DNA of 20,000 nt, from assembly GCF_004010195.1 (NCBI RefSeq), contig NC_057720.1, positions 6,157,797-6,177,796 on the forward strand. The letters are read 5' to 3'. Of this stretch, positions 1-9,484 are shown in pieces; positions within the stretch are counted from its first letter, which is position 1, and the number at the start of each line of letters is the position of its first letter. The DNA is from Chiloscyllium plagiosum. Its lineage: Eukaryota. The notes below the pieces were generated by a model. That model did no database searches. It saw nothing but the letters and a program-made list of their open reading frames with translations, and was not told the DNA's origin. The translations under genes were made by a program, and so were the position numbers.

Positions 1-884
1 CTGAGTGCATTCACCCTATCCATGCCTCTCATGATCTTATACACCTCTATAAGATCCCCTCTCAGTCTCCTTCGCTCTAAAGAATAAGTCCTAGCTTCTC
101 CAACCGCTCCTTGTAACTCAGACCATTGAGTCCAGGCAACATCCTTGTAAATTTCTTCTGCACTCTTAAGAAATTTAATACCATCCTTCCTATAGCAAGG
201 TGACCAAAACTGAACACAATACTCCAGGTGCGGCCTCACCAACATCCTGTAACAACTGCAACATAACTTCCCAACTTCTATACTCCATGCCCTGACTGAT
301 GAAGGCCAGTGTGCCAAAAGCCTTCTTCATTGCCCTGTCTACCCAGAACTCCACTTTCAGAGAACCGTGCACTTGAACTCCAAGGCCCCTCTGTTCCACC
401 ACACTCCTTAAGGCCCTACCATTCACCATGAAACTCCTACCTTGAATTGACTTTCTAAAATGCAAGACATCACATTTATCTATATCAAACTCCATTTGCC
501 ATTTCCTAGCCCACTTCCCCAGCTGATCAAGGTCCTGCTGCAATTTCTGATAACCTTCCTCACTCTCCATGATACCGCCTATTTTACTGTCATCTGCAAA
601 CTTACTAATCATGCCTTGTACATTCTCATCCAAATAATTGGTAAAGATAACAAAAAGCAATGGGCCCAGCACTGACCCCTGAGGCACTCCATAAGTCACA
701 GGCCTCCAGTCCAACATGCATTCTTTCACTATTACTCTTTGCCTCCTACCACCAAACCAATTGTGCATCCAATTTGCCAGCTCAAGCTGGATTCCATGCG
801 ATCTAACCTTCCAGAGCAGCCTATCATGTGGAACCTTATCAAAGGCCTTACTGAAATCCATATAGACTACATCTACCACCTTCG
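1..884 (-). mobile_element. CR1-clade LINE fragment (ORF2 reverse transcriptase and C-terminal region), 5'-truncated, continuing off the left edge
   Basis: ORF 190..906(-) contains VDVVYMDFSKAFDKVPH, GVPQGSVLGPLLF, SKFADDSK and WQMEF, the CR1 RT motifs; the frame breaks down near 250. Confidence 0.93.
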
Positions 885-965
885 AGTATGAGGAAGGTAG
901 ATTCAATTGTATTTCTCTTCCTGTCTTTATTCCTCAAGAGGATGTAAACTCATGGTACTACTTTA

Positions 966-1035
966 CATAGAACACTGAACAGTACAGCTCAGAAACAGGC
1001 CTCTCTGCCCACCATGTCTGTGCAGAGTAAGATGC
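966..1035 (-). mobile_element. Short CR1 3'-end remnant
   Basis: catagaacactgaacagtacagctcagaaacaggcc is the reverse complement of the CR1 tail type seen at 2150-2183 and 13990-14030 (ctgtactgcgctgta...ttctatg). Confidence 0.65.
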
Positions 1036-1602
1036 CATTCTAAATGAATCCCATTTTTAAAGACGGTATCTGGACATTTTGGATAAACCAGAGAATTACA
1101 GACCAGTGAGTCTCACATCAGTGATAGGAAAAGTATTGGGTGAAAATTCTGAAGCAGAGAATTAATCTCCACAAGTAGAGGGAAGGCTTGATCAGGGATA
1201 GTCGACTTAAATTTGACTGAGGGAGATCATTCCAAATGAAGGTTTTCGAGGAGGTGACCAGATTTGTTGATGAGGGTGGTGCATTTGATGTAGTTTATAT
1301 GGATTTCAGCAAAAAGCTTTGGTAAGAACCCAAATGAGGGACTAATAAAAAAGATAAAAGCACATGGAATCCAGGGTAACTCAGCAAGTTGGACCCAAAA
1401 TTAACTTAGTGATAAGAGACAGAGGGTGGTTGTAGAACGCTGTTTGAGAGACTGCAACCCAATGTCCAGTGGTGTGCCACAGAGTTCAGTGCTGGGAATC
1501 TTATTGCTTGTGATATATGTGTGTATAAACATATATGGATGTATATGTTTATATGGGACAATAAAAAAGTTTGTGATAACACAAAGATTGGCTGGGTGTA
1601 AA
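1036..1602 (+). mobile_element. Old, degenerate CR1 LINE, left half (RT domain), interrupted by a younger CR1
   Basis: Decayed codons for DKPENYRPVSLTSVIGK (~1082), DVVYMDFSK (~1287), SGVPQSSVLG (~1468) and KF.DNTKIG (~1567), with many frameshifts. Confidence 0.85.
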
Positions 1603-2183
1603 TTTGTTCAAAAAGGGGAGGAGGGACAACCCTGATAATTATAGACTCGTGAGTTTTACTTTGATTGTGGGTAAAGTGTTGGAAAGGATTATAAGAGATA
1701 GGATTTATAATCATCTGGAAAGGAATAATTTGATTAGGGATAGTCAACATGGTTTTGTGAAGGGTAGGTCATGCCTCACTAACTTTATTGCGATCTTTGT
1801 GAAGGTGACCAAGCAGGTGGATGAGGGTAAAGTGGTTGATGTGGTTTATATGGATTTCAGTAAGGTGTTTGATAAGGTTCCCCAGGATAGGCTATTGCAC
1901 AAAATACAGCAGAAGGAGACATAGCTTTAAATTGAGGGATGATAGATATAGGACAGATGTCAGAGGTAGTTTCTTTACTCAGAGAGTAGTAGGGCTGTGG
2001 AACACATTGCCTGCAACAGTAGTAGACTCATCAATTTTAAGGGCATTTGAACAGTCATTGGATAGACATATGGATGAAAATGGAATAGTGTAGGTTAGAT
2101 GGGCTTCAGATTACTTTCACAGGCCAGCACAACATTGAGGTCTGACCCCCCTGTACTGCGCTGTAACGTTCTATGTTCTCTGT
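1603..2183 (+). mobile_element. Younger CR1 LINE, 5'-truncated and internally deleted, nested in the older CR1
   Basis: ORF 1604..1924 FKKGRRDNPDNYRLVSFT...QHGFVKGRSCLTN...DFSKVFDKVP joins at ~1910 directly to the CR1 C-terminus (RHSFKL...FFTQRVVGLWNTLP); ends in a gttctatgttctctgt tail at 2168-2183. Confidence 0.9.
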
Positions 2184-2785
2184 CTTAATAGAGCGGAAGA
2201 TTACTGGAGGTTACTGGAGGATATGGATGGTTGGTCAGATGATATGATCAGTGGCAGATGGATTTTAACCCTGAGAAGTCTGAGATGAGGGACTTTAGAA
2301 GAAGGAACAAGTCAAAGGATTACTCATAGAATGGCAGGCCACAAGGAAGCTCAGAGGAACAGAGGGATCTTGAGATGCTTGTTCACAGATCCCTGAAGGT
2401 AGTTGGCCAGGTTAATAAGGTAGATGAGAAGGTATATGGGACACTTGCCTTTATCAGTTGAGGTTTAGATCAGAGGGAGGTTATGTTGGAGCTGTAAGAA
2501 ATGTTGGTCACAGCTGTAGTAATATGTGCAGTCATGGTCACCACACTATAGGAAGGATGTGATTGCAGTGGAAGGGCTGTAGAGAAGATACACCAGGATA
2601 TTGCCTGGGATGAAGCGATGAAGAGAGGCTGTTAATTTCGGGTTGTTTTCCTTTGAGCAGGTTATGACAGGAATGGAAAGGGTGGATAGGAAATAGCTGC
2701 TCCCCTTAGTTGAAGGGTCAATAACGAAGGGAAAATAAATTTAAGACAAAGGGCAGGAGATTCAGAGGGATTTTGAGGAAACTCC
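2184..2785 (+). mobile_element. Old CR1 LINE, right half
   Basis: Resumes immediately after the KIG motif (aatagagcggaagat..., tggcagatggattttaaccctgagaag = WQMDFNPEK) and continues through CR1 C-terminal-like sequence to ~2780. Confidence 0.8.
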
Positions 2786-3501
2786 ATGAAAAGGAATCAA
2801 CTTGCATTGTGGCTACTCATCAAACATCATTTGTTCTGCTTTTAAAATATGCATCCTATGTTGAAAAGGGAGTGTTAAAGCGCAGAAGATGTACAGGAGG
2901 CTATATTTGAAACAATCTAGGAAGAAATGACTGTGCAATGGACACATTTGATAAATCACATGCAAATACTTTAACCATTGACAGGAAGAACATTGGCAAG
3001 GAGATAATCACATTGAGCTGCCAAGCTCATCGAGACAAACATACTCATAAATCTTCCATAAATGTCCCTCAAGTATGCTCTTCTCTACACACGGAATTCA
3101 TTGCATATTGTTCAGGATACAGGACATGACACTGTCACAAGACCTTACTCTGACAGACTACAGAGCCCACAGCAAGACATGGGTGATCTCACAGAGAATC
3201 AGTGTGGGTAAAATGCAAATGATGCATTGTCAACCTGGTAACCAAGGAACGATCAATGTCAATTCAGGAATCAGGATATGAAAGTAAGATTTGCCTCATT
3301 GATGGAATGTAAACTTGCCTCCTTTTTTTGTTTGAGAGGTTTGTATGGCCATGAGCAATCTGTTCAAACAATCGTAAAGCTGAAAAATGTCACAGAACCT
3401 CCAGCACCAGATGGCGATGCTGAGGGAGGGCACTGTGCAGGGGATATAAAATGTGGAGCTAGAAAAGCGCAGCATGTCAGACAACTTTGGAGGAGCAGGA
3501 A

Positions 3502-3537
3502 AGTCAATGTTTCGGGTCAGGAATCTTCATCAGGACT
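3502..3537 (-). ncRNA. Degenerate minimal hammerhead ribozyme motif in a pLTR
   Basis: Minus strand AGUC-CUGAUGA-A-GAUUCCUGACCC-GAAAC-AUU-GACU; stem I AGUC:GACU pairs, while stems II and III are decayed. Confidence 0.55.
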
Positions 3538-4034
3538 GGGGAGGGGGAAAGGGGCTCAGGAATAAATAGAGGGAGGGGTTTGGGGAAAATGTAAGTGGGA
3601 TGGTGATAGGTGGATGCAGGAAGGGGGTTTCTGTGATTGGACAGTGGGAAGGGTGGAGATGAGGAGGAAGGTGGACAAGTTAGGTCTGGTCAAGATGGCG
3701 GGGAGAAAGGCTGGACAGGGGATGAGGTTGGGCCTGGGGAGATTTTGGAGCTGGTGCACTCTATGTTGAGGCCATTGGGCTGTAAGCTCCCAAGGTGCTG
3801 TTCCTCTGGTTTGCATGTGGCCTCATTTTGACAGTGAGGAGGCCCAGGGTGGACATGTCGCCAAGTGAGTGGGCGGGGGAGGAGAAATGGCTGGCAACCG
3901 AAAGGTGTTGTTGATTGGAGTGTACAGAGCACAGATGCTCCACCACCAGGTTTCCCCCAGTCTGTACTCGAGCTCTCTGATGTAGAGGAGACCACATTGG
4001 GAGCAATGAATGCAGTAGACCAGCTTAGAAGAAC

Positions 4035-4070
4035 ATTCCTGATGAAGGACTTATGCCTGAAACATCGACT
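4035..4070 (+). ncRNA. Degenerate minimal hammerhead ribozyme motif in the inverted pLTR
   Basis: AUUC-CUGAUGA-A-GGAC-UUAU-GCCU-GAAAC-AUC-GACU; the deviations from the best copy are mostly transitions, including CpG-type decay. Confidence 0.6.
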
Positions 4071-4605
4071 CTCCTGGTCCTCGGATGTTGCCTGACTTGC
4101 CGTCCTTTTCCAGCGCCACATTTTTCAAATCTTATTCTCCAGCATCTGCAGTCCTCGCTTTCTCCAGGTTAGAAGAACAGCAGGGCAGTTTGTGCAGTTG
4201 CACTGTGATGTTCAGAAGCAGGTGGTGATGCTGAGGGACAGTAGATGGAGCTGGCGAATGGACCGTCTCTGGGTAAAAGGGTGTCTTTGAGGGAAGGTGG
4301 GCCCTGGGAAAGAAGATTGTCAAAAGATCCGTCAACCTAATGTAAATCACAGGCTTTATTCCATATAAATACTTCCTTGTTTAATCTTTATTTCCCTCAT
4401 GTTTGTGACCTGATTCCCGTGAGATAAAGAATCACTGCATCATGATCTTTGGGCTGTCCATGAGTTCAAATCTCATGTTACAAAAGGAAGGAGCTGAGTC
4501 AAGCATTTGCCTTGCAGTGAGTGGCCTGAGAGTGGACACTAGGAGCTAGACATAAGGAGGTAATGGCCTAGGAGTTGGCCACTGTTGGAATATTGCGCGC
4601 AATTC

Positions 4606-5133
4606 TCATCTCCTTCCTATCGGAAAGATGTTGTGAAACTTGAAATGGTTCAGAAAAGATTTACAAGGATGTTGCCAGGGTTGGAGGGTTTGATCTATAA
4701 GGAGAGGCTGAATAGGCTGGGGCTGTTTTCCCCTGGGGCATCGGAGGCTGAGGGGTGACCTTATAGAGGTTTACAAAATTATGAGGGGCATGGATAGGAT
4801 AAATAGGCAAAGTCTTTTCTCTGAGATCAGGGAGTCCAGAACGAGAGGGCATAGGTTTAGGGTGAGAGGGGAAAGATATAAAAGAGACCTAAGGGGCAAC
4901 GTTTTCACGCAGAGGGTGGTACGTGTATGGAATGAGCTGCCAGAGGAAGTGGTGGAGGCTGGTACAATTGTAACATTTAAGAGGCATTTGGATGGGTATA
5001 TGAATAGGAAGGGTTTGGAAGGATATGGGCTTGGTGCTGGCAGGTGGGACTAGATTGGGTTGGGATATCTGGTCAGCATTTACCATGAGGGACTGTTTTC
5101 ATGAGATACATCTCTATGACTCTATGACTCTAT
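4606..5133 (+). mobile_element. CR1/HER1-like LINE 3' end with (CTCTATGA)n tail
   Basis: ORF 4781..5053 SRTRGHRFRVRGERYKRDLRGNVFTQRVVRVWNELPEEVV is the CR1 ORF2 C-terminus; octamer tail ctctatgactctatgactctat at 5112-5133. Confidence 0.92.
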
Positions 5134-5213
5134 AAATCGGCTTCCAAGTGGACTTGAGAATGGAACCCGATTGTAACTTGAGGACCGTCTGTATGTTTTG
5201 AAGAAGGTTCTGA

Positions 5214-5281
5214 AAACTGCTGAGGTTTACCGGCAATTTCTGATTTTGTTTCTGACTTCCAGCATCTGCAGTTTTTTTTTT
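5214..5281 (+). mobile_element. Penelope-type terminal-repeat remnant (3' tail only)
   Basis: ctgctgaggtttaccggcaatttctgattttgtttctgacttccagcatctgcag resembles the reverse complement of 7920-7960 and the ccagcatctgcagt tail at 4139 and 7809. Confidence 0.55.
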
Positions 5282-5557
5282 AAATTGATGAATTTTTGAC
5301 ATGATGTGCATGGTTATGGGATATGGATGAAGGTATTTAAATGTTGGATCAGACATCATTGTAGTAAATGGGACAGACTTAATGGGCTGAACTGCCTGCC
5401 CCTGTTCCCATTAGGAACCAGATCCGATTCATGAATTATGACGCAATAAAAAGGGATGTACACGATGAGGGAGGTCACTCAACATCCCTCTTGCTTAAGG
5501 GCCATTTGTCAAGCCACCTCTATAAAACCAAGTGTCTGACATTTGAATGCATTCCGT

Positions 5558-5747
5558 AATACAAGAAGGACTTGAGGGGTAAGTTCTTCACACAGAGAGT
5601 GGTACGTGTTTGGAATGGGTTTCCAGAGAAAATGGTTGAGGCAGATACAATAGCAACACTTAAAAAACATTTGGATAGGTACATGGATAGGAAAGGTTGA
5701 GAACGATATGGACCAAATGCGGGCAAATTGGCACTAGCTGAGTGGGC
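5558..5747 (+). mobile_element. CR1 3' fragment
   Basis: aagttcttcacacagagagtggtacgtgtttggaatggg...tttggataggtacatggataggaaagg parallels 4901-5030. Confidence 0.85.
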
Positions 5748-5870
5748 AGTGAGGACTGCAGGTGCTGGAGATCAGAGTCGAGAGTGTGTCACTGGAAAAG
5801 CACAGCAGGTCAGGCAGCATCTGAGGCGCAGGAAAATCGATGTTTTGGGCAAAAGCTCTTCATCATTCCT
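5748..5870 (-). mobile_element. Solo Penelope pLTR copy with a decayed hammerhead motif
   Basis: gtgaggactgcaggtgctggagatcagag...ctggaaaagcacagcaggtcaggcagcatc...cttcatca; close match to 6720-6838, 7700-7785 and 14465-14545. Confidence 0.85.
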
Positions 5871-6147
5871 GGGTGGCATGGTGGCTCAGTGGTCAGCACT
5901 GCAGCCTCACAGCACCAGGGACCTGGGTACAATTGCACACAGACTGTCTGTGTGGAGTTTGCATGTTCTCCTCATGTTTGCGTGGTTTGCTCTGGTTTCC
6001 TCCCACAGTCCAAAGATGTGCAGGTCAGGTGAAGTGGCCATGCTAAATTGCCCATAGTGTTAGGTGCATTAGTTAGAGGGAAATGGCCTGGGTGGGTTAC
6101 TCTTCAGAGGGTTGGTGTGGACTTGTTGGGCGAAAGGGAATCTAATT
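5871..6147 (+). mobile_element. HE1-like tRNA-derived V-SINE
   Basis: A-box head tggctcagtgg, V-domain-like tgtgtggagtttgcatgttctc...ggtttcctcccacagtccaaagatgtgcagg; similar to 7078, 8795 and 14840. Confidence 0.88.
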
Positions 6148-6639
6148 TTATCCCTTTGACCGTTCCATACAAGCTAGCTGCCTGAACAATATACACCAGC
6201 ACTCTCTCCTTCCTGGCTACGCCTAGATTTTGACCAGTCACAGCATGAAGTTAGACTGCACTCTCCAGCAAAATTGCACAGGGAGTTGATGTACCTTTCT
6301 TGTTGTGGGTCACCTGATCCATGCAGACAATGCAAAGGCATATTTTAGTGTGTAGCATACTTTGTCAGTAAATGGATGCTTAACTTCACACGCCTCATTA
6401 TCTGTGTCCTATAGGATTTGGTGAATTATATAGTGAAGTCATTAGCCACAATTTAATTCCTGGTGCTTATCTTCCAGAATCCACCCAGTCCTCTCTGAAC
6501 ACACAGGATCAAGACACAGTGAAAGAGTCATGCCTTGAGCTCTCAGTTTGTGCATCAATAATTACATGGATTACAAGCCAACTATGCATACAGGAATTAA
6601 ATTACATTCACTACCATCCACTTGGTGCTGTTAGACTGA

Positions 6640-6911
6640 TTTGGAAATGCCAGCGTTGGACTGGGGTCTACAAAGTTTAAAAATCACACAACACCAGGCT
6701 ATAGTCCAACTATGCACAAGTGAGGACTGCAGAGGCTGGAAATCAGAGTCTAGCTTAGAGTAGTGCTGGAAAAGCACAGCAGGTCAGGCAGCATCCGAGG
6801 AGCAGGAAAATCGATGTTTCGGGCAAAAGCCCTTCATCTCTATAGTCCAACTATATCCACTTCCAAATAAACCTGTTGGACTATAACCTTGTGTTGTGTG
6901 GATTTTTCACT
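6640..6911. mobile_element. Fold-back (inverted-repeat) insertion of a second Penelope-type terminal-repeat family, with a 12-bp TSD
   Basis: TSD ctgttagactga at 6628-6639 and 6912-6923; arms aaatcacacaacaccaggctatagtccaac (6681-6710) and gttggactataaccttgtgttgtgtggattt (6875-6905) are inverted; same family as 7402-7506 and 15836-15893. Confidence 0.8.
6714..6839 (-). mobile_element. Solo Penelope pLTR copy nested in the fold-back element, with a 15-bp TSD
   Basis: Perfect duplication ctatagtccaactat at 6699-6713 and 6840-6854; the body matches the other pLTR copies; the hammerhead is truncated inside CUGAUGA. Confidence 0.9.
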
Positions 6912-7077
6912 CTGTTAGACTGAGGTAGTTTATTGGTGCCATGTACAAGGGAAACTGGCTTGCTGCATCATTCTGCCATTTCCATTTTTAGTCTCCAAGT
7001 TGCACTCACAAACTACAGGGCAGAAGGTAGGTCTGGATCTTCACCAGGATGCAGTGAGTGGAGGATAGGTGTATAAT

Positions 7078-7385
7078 GGGTGGCACAGTGATTAGCACTG
7101 CTGCCTCACAGCACCAGAGACCCGGGTTCAATTCCCACCTCATGCGACTCTCTGTGTGGAGTTTGCACATTCTTCCCGTGTCTGCGTGGGTTTCCTCCGG
7201 GTGCTCCGGTTTCCTCCCACAATCTAAAAATGTGCAGGTTAGGTGAATTAGCCATGCTAAATTGCCAATAGTGTTAGGTGAAGGGGTAAATGTAGCGGAA
7301 TGGGTCTGGGTGGGTTGCGCTTCGGCGGGTCGGTGTGGACTTGTTGGGCCGAAGGGCCTGTTTCCACACTGTAAGTAATCTAATA
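7078..7385 (+). mobile_element. HE1-like tRNA-derived V-SINE
   Basis: B-box gggttcaattccc (~7124-7136), V-domain-like core, and CR1-like tail gggccgaagggcctgtttccacactgtaagtaatctaat. Confidence 0.92.
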
Positions 7386-7401
7386 TAAGAACTCTAACAG
7401 A

Positions 7402-7506
7402 ATGATGTGGAGGTGCCGGTGTTGGACTGGGATGGAGGCAAGGTCAGAATTCACACGACGTCGGGTTATAGTCCAACAGGTTTATGTGAAATCACCAGCT
7501 TTCGGA
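7402..7506 (-). mobile_element. Terminal-repeat copy of the second Penelope-type family
   Basis: ggtgccggtgttggactggg...ggttatagtccaacaggttta matches 6645-6710; on the minus strand it begins with a hammerhead 3' half, CCGAAAGCU. Confidence 0.7.
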
Positions 7507-7516
7507 CATGCAGAAT

Positions 7517-7640
7517 GTCCTTAGCTTCCTGAGGAGATAGAGACGTTGGTGTCCTTTCTTGACTGTCGCATCAATGTGGATGGGCCAGAGCAGATCGTTG
7601 GTGAACATCACTCCCAGGAATTTGACGCTTTCAACCTTCC
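7517..7640 (-). mobile_element. Rex1/Babar-type LINE RT C-terminal fragment
   Basis: The minus strand translates by hand as VESVKFLGVMFTNDLLWPIHIDATVKKGHQRLYLLRKLR, typical of Rex1/Babar ORFs. Confidence 0.7.
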
Positions 7641-7694
7641 TGACGTCTTACTTCTTCCCTATCCATTATATATTTGTGTCTCTTTATATGTGTC

Positions 7695-7836
7695 GGGAGT
7701 GTGGTGCTGGAAAGGCACAGCAGGTCAGGCAGCATCTGAGGAGCAGGAGAGTCAACGTTTCAGGCATAAGCCCTTCATCAGGAATCTCCACACTTTCCAC
7801 TCTGATCTCCAGCATCTGCAGTCCTCACTTTCTCCT
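7695..7836 (-). mobile_element. Penelope pLTR copy followed by an inverted piece of its own tail
   Basis: 7695-7785 is the pLTR in minus orientation; 7788-7836 (ccacactttccactctgatctccagcatctgcagtcctcactttctcc) is the pLTR tail in plus orientation. Confidence 0.85.
7746..7789 (-). ncRNA. Minimal type-I hammerhead ribozyme motif, core intact
   Basis: GGAGAUUC-CUGAUGA-A-GGGC-UUAU-GCCU-GAAAC-GUU-GACUCUCC: stem I 7 of 8 pairs, stem II 4 bp with one G.U, palindromic ACGU stem III, GUU cleavage triplet. Confidence 0.7.
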
Positions 7837-7919
7837 AGACTCATTATATATGCCTGATTGTTCTAATAGGGGAACAATTTTAAAAGGGGTAGAGCTTATA
7901 TAAATTATTAACAATTATA

Positions 7920-8023
7920 ACAAAAAAAACCAGAAATTGCTGGAAAAGCTCAGCTGGTCTGGCAGCATCTGTGGAGAGAAATCAGAGTTAACATTTCAGG
8001 CCTAGTGACACTTCCTCAGAAAT
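7920..8023 (-). mobile_element. Solo terminal repeat of a third Penelope-type subfamily, with a hammerhead motif
   Basis: Minus strand uuCUGAGGA-A-GUGUCACUAGGCCU-GAAAU-GUU-AAC followed by gatgctgccagaccagctgagcttttccagcaatttctg. Confidence 0.75.
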
Positions 8024-8379
8024 CAGTTAGAAACGATCAACTCTATGTTTGTGTCCCACCATCAGTTCAAGCAAGCTGTTTGCAATGGATAATTGTTTTC
8101 TTGTTCACAACAGAAATCTGAAGAGTGGTTTATTTTAACTCAGAGGTTTATCAGTCAGAACAATTGGGTACTCTGGACTTGATTAAATATTTGCATGTTT
8201 GTGACTCTGGGAAGAGCAGAGCTCAATTTCAGAAACTCTACCCCAGAGTGATGAGAGTGCAGAGGTACAGTCGAGGGTTCAAAGGAAACACAGAAACCTC
8301 CGATCAACACACCTAGCTAACTCTTTGAGCTCTACTTGCCCCAACATGTGGCAGATTCATGTTGACACTCATTCAACTT

Positions 8380-8626
8380 CTAAATTAGAGTGGTGCTGGA
8401 AAAGCACAGCAGTTCAGGCAGCATCCGAGGAACAGGAAAATCGACGTTTCGGGCAAAAGCCCTTGGAAGTTTAGAACTAGGGTGAGGTGGGGGAAGGGGA
8501 AATGAGGAAACTGTTGAAGTCCACATTGATGCCCTGGGGTTGAAGTGTTCCAAGGTGGAAGATGAGGCGTTCTTCCTTCAGGCGTCTGGTGGTGAGGGAG
8601 CGGCGGTGGAGGAGGCCCAGGACCTC
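8380..8626 (-). mobile_element. Penelope-like element 3' fragment with an internal deletion
   Basis: ORF 8477..8671(-) EVLGLLHRRSLTTRRLKEERLIFHLGTLQPQGINVDFNSF (endonuclease C-terminus) is joined almost directly to the pLTR at 8380-8464, which has lost the CUGAUGA part of the ribozyme. Confidence 0.85.
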
Positions 8627-8794
8627 AAGTTGCCTACCATCTCTGAACTGAACAAACTTGAGTAGAGCCAAGCCATCCTTGATCCAGGGAGCAAGTTACT
8701 GCAGAAGCTGGAATCTGTACTGAAAACAACACATGTTGGAGATCACCACTCAGGCAGGATCCATGGAGAGAGAGCAAGCTAACATTTCACTGAA

Positions 8795-9110
8795 TCTTAG
8801 AAACACAACAGTGTGGAAACAAGCCATTTGGCCCAACACCGACCTTCCAAAGAGCATCCTACCCACACTCGTTGCCATACCCTGTTACCCTCCATTTCCC
8901 CTGACTAATCCACACATCCCTGAACACGATAGGCAAGCATAGCCAATTCACCTAACATACGCATGTTTGGACTGTGGGAAGAAGCCAGAACATATAGAAG
9001 AAACACAGAGAATGTGCAAACTCCACACAGGCAGTCACCTGAAGGTGGAATCGAACCTGGATCCCTGGCGCTAAGAGGCAGCAGTGCTAATCACTGAGCC
9101 ACCATGTCAC
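8795..9110 (-). mobile_element. HE1-like tRNA-derived V-SINE
   Basis: The reverse complement begins ggtggctcagtgattagcactgctgcctc...ccaggttcgattcc (A and B boxes), followed by the V-domain-like core. Confidence 0.88.
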
Positions 9111-9177
9111 TTGTTTCGAGTCAGAATAACTCTTCAGCAGAGCTGAAGTTAAGCGTGAAAGGGGAAGCATTTAATCA

Positions 9178-9275
9178 TGTGTGTGTGTGTGCGTGTGTGT
9201 GCTCGTGCGTGCGTGCGTGTGTGTGCGTGCATGTGTGTATGTGTGTGTGTGTGCGTGCGTGTGTGTGTGAGAGAG
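9178..9275. repeat. Imperfect (TG)n/(TGCG)n microsatellite ending in (GA)n
   Basis: Directly visible. Confidence 0.95.
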
Positions 9276-9423
9276 AAAAAGAGATGGTGTAGGATGGAGG
9301 GGTTGTCTAACTTTTCCACCATTCTCACATTCTGATCCCTTGATCTGTACTATCAAAAACCTTTATCTGCCCCCTCTCCCCCCGCAATATTGTATAAATG
9401 CTGACCCCTCCACACTTCACATC

Positions 9424-9461
9424 AGCTCTGATGAAGGGTCAGCTAGACTCGAAACGTTACC
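9424..9461 (+). ncRNA. Minimal type-I hammerhead ribozyme motif, core intact
   Basis: AGCU-CUGAUGA(9428-9434)-A-GGGUC-AGCUA-GACUC-GAAAC(9451-9455)-GUU-ACC; 5-bp stem II, ACGU palindrome; stem I weakened in this copy. Confidence 0.65.
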
Positions 9462-9464
9462 TTG

Positions 9465-9484
9465 CTCTCTCTCTCTCTCTCTCT
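9465..9484. repeat. (CT)10 microsatellite
   Basis: Directly visible. Confidence 0.9.

Larger units (their letters stand above)
3448..4167 (-). mobile_element. Penelope-like element 3' portion (GIY-YIG C-terminus, purine-rich 3' UTR and pLTR) with an inverted pLTR copy at its truncated 5' end
   Basis: Minus-strand frames give EHLCSVHSNQQHLSVASHFSSPAHSLGDMSTLGLL and EEQHLGSLQPNGLNIE, similar to 11700-12000(+) and 8477-8626(-); 3450-3535 and 4035-4125 are inverted copies of the same terminal repeat. Confidence 0.85.

Noticed and set aside
190..906. Reverse transcriptase as a functional or domesticated gene, retron or DGR
   Set aside because: Typical CR1 sequence, 5'-truncated, with a non-ATG start in flanking DNA and a frameshifted end; there is no bacterial context.
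3416..4238. gatgctgaggga at 3416 and 4227 as the TSD of the Penelope insertion
   Set aside because: The two copies lie roughly 20 and 60 bp away from the element ends, so they do not abut it.
7078..7140. tRNA genes at the A/B-box heads (also 5871, 9110 and 14848)
   Set aside because: No complete cloverleaf; each continues into a V-domain-like core and LINE-like tail, so they are SINE heads.
5748..8464. Recurring ctggaaaagcacagcaggtcaggcagcatc repeat as a CRISPR-like array
   Set aside because: Copies are dispersed at irregular kb distances, occur in both orientations, are diverged and are attached to Penelope coding remnants; the context is eukaryotic and there are no cas genes.
9104..9356. 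Cys/Val-rich and His/Thr-rich ORFs (also 15506-15715)
   Set aside because: They are translations of TG/CA microsatellites.
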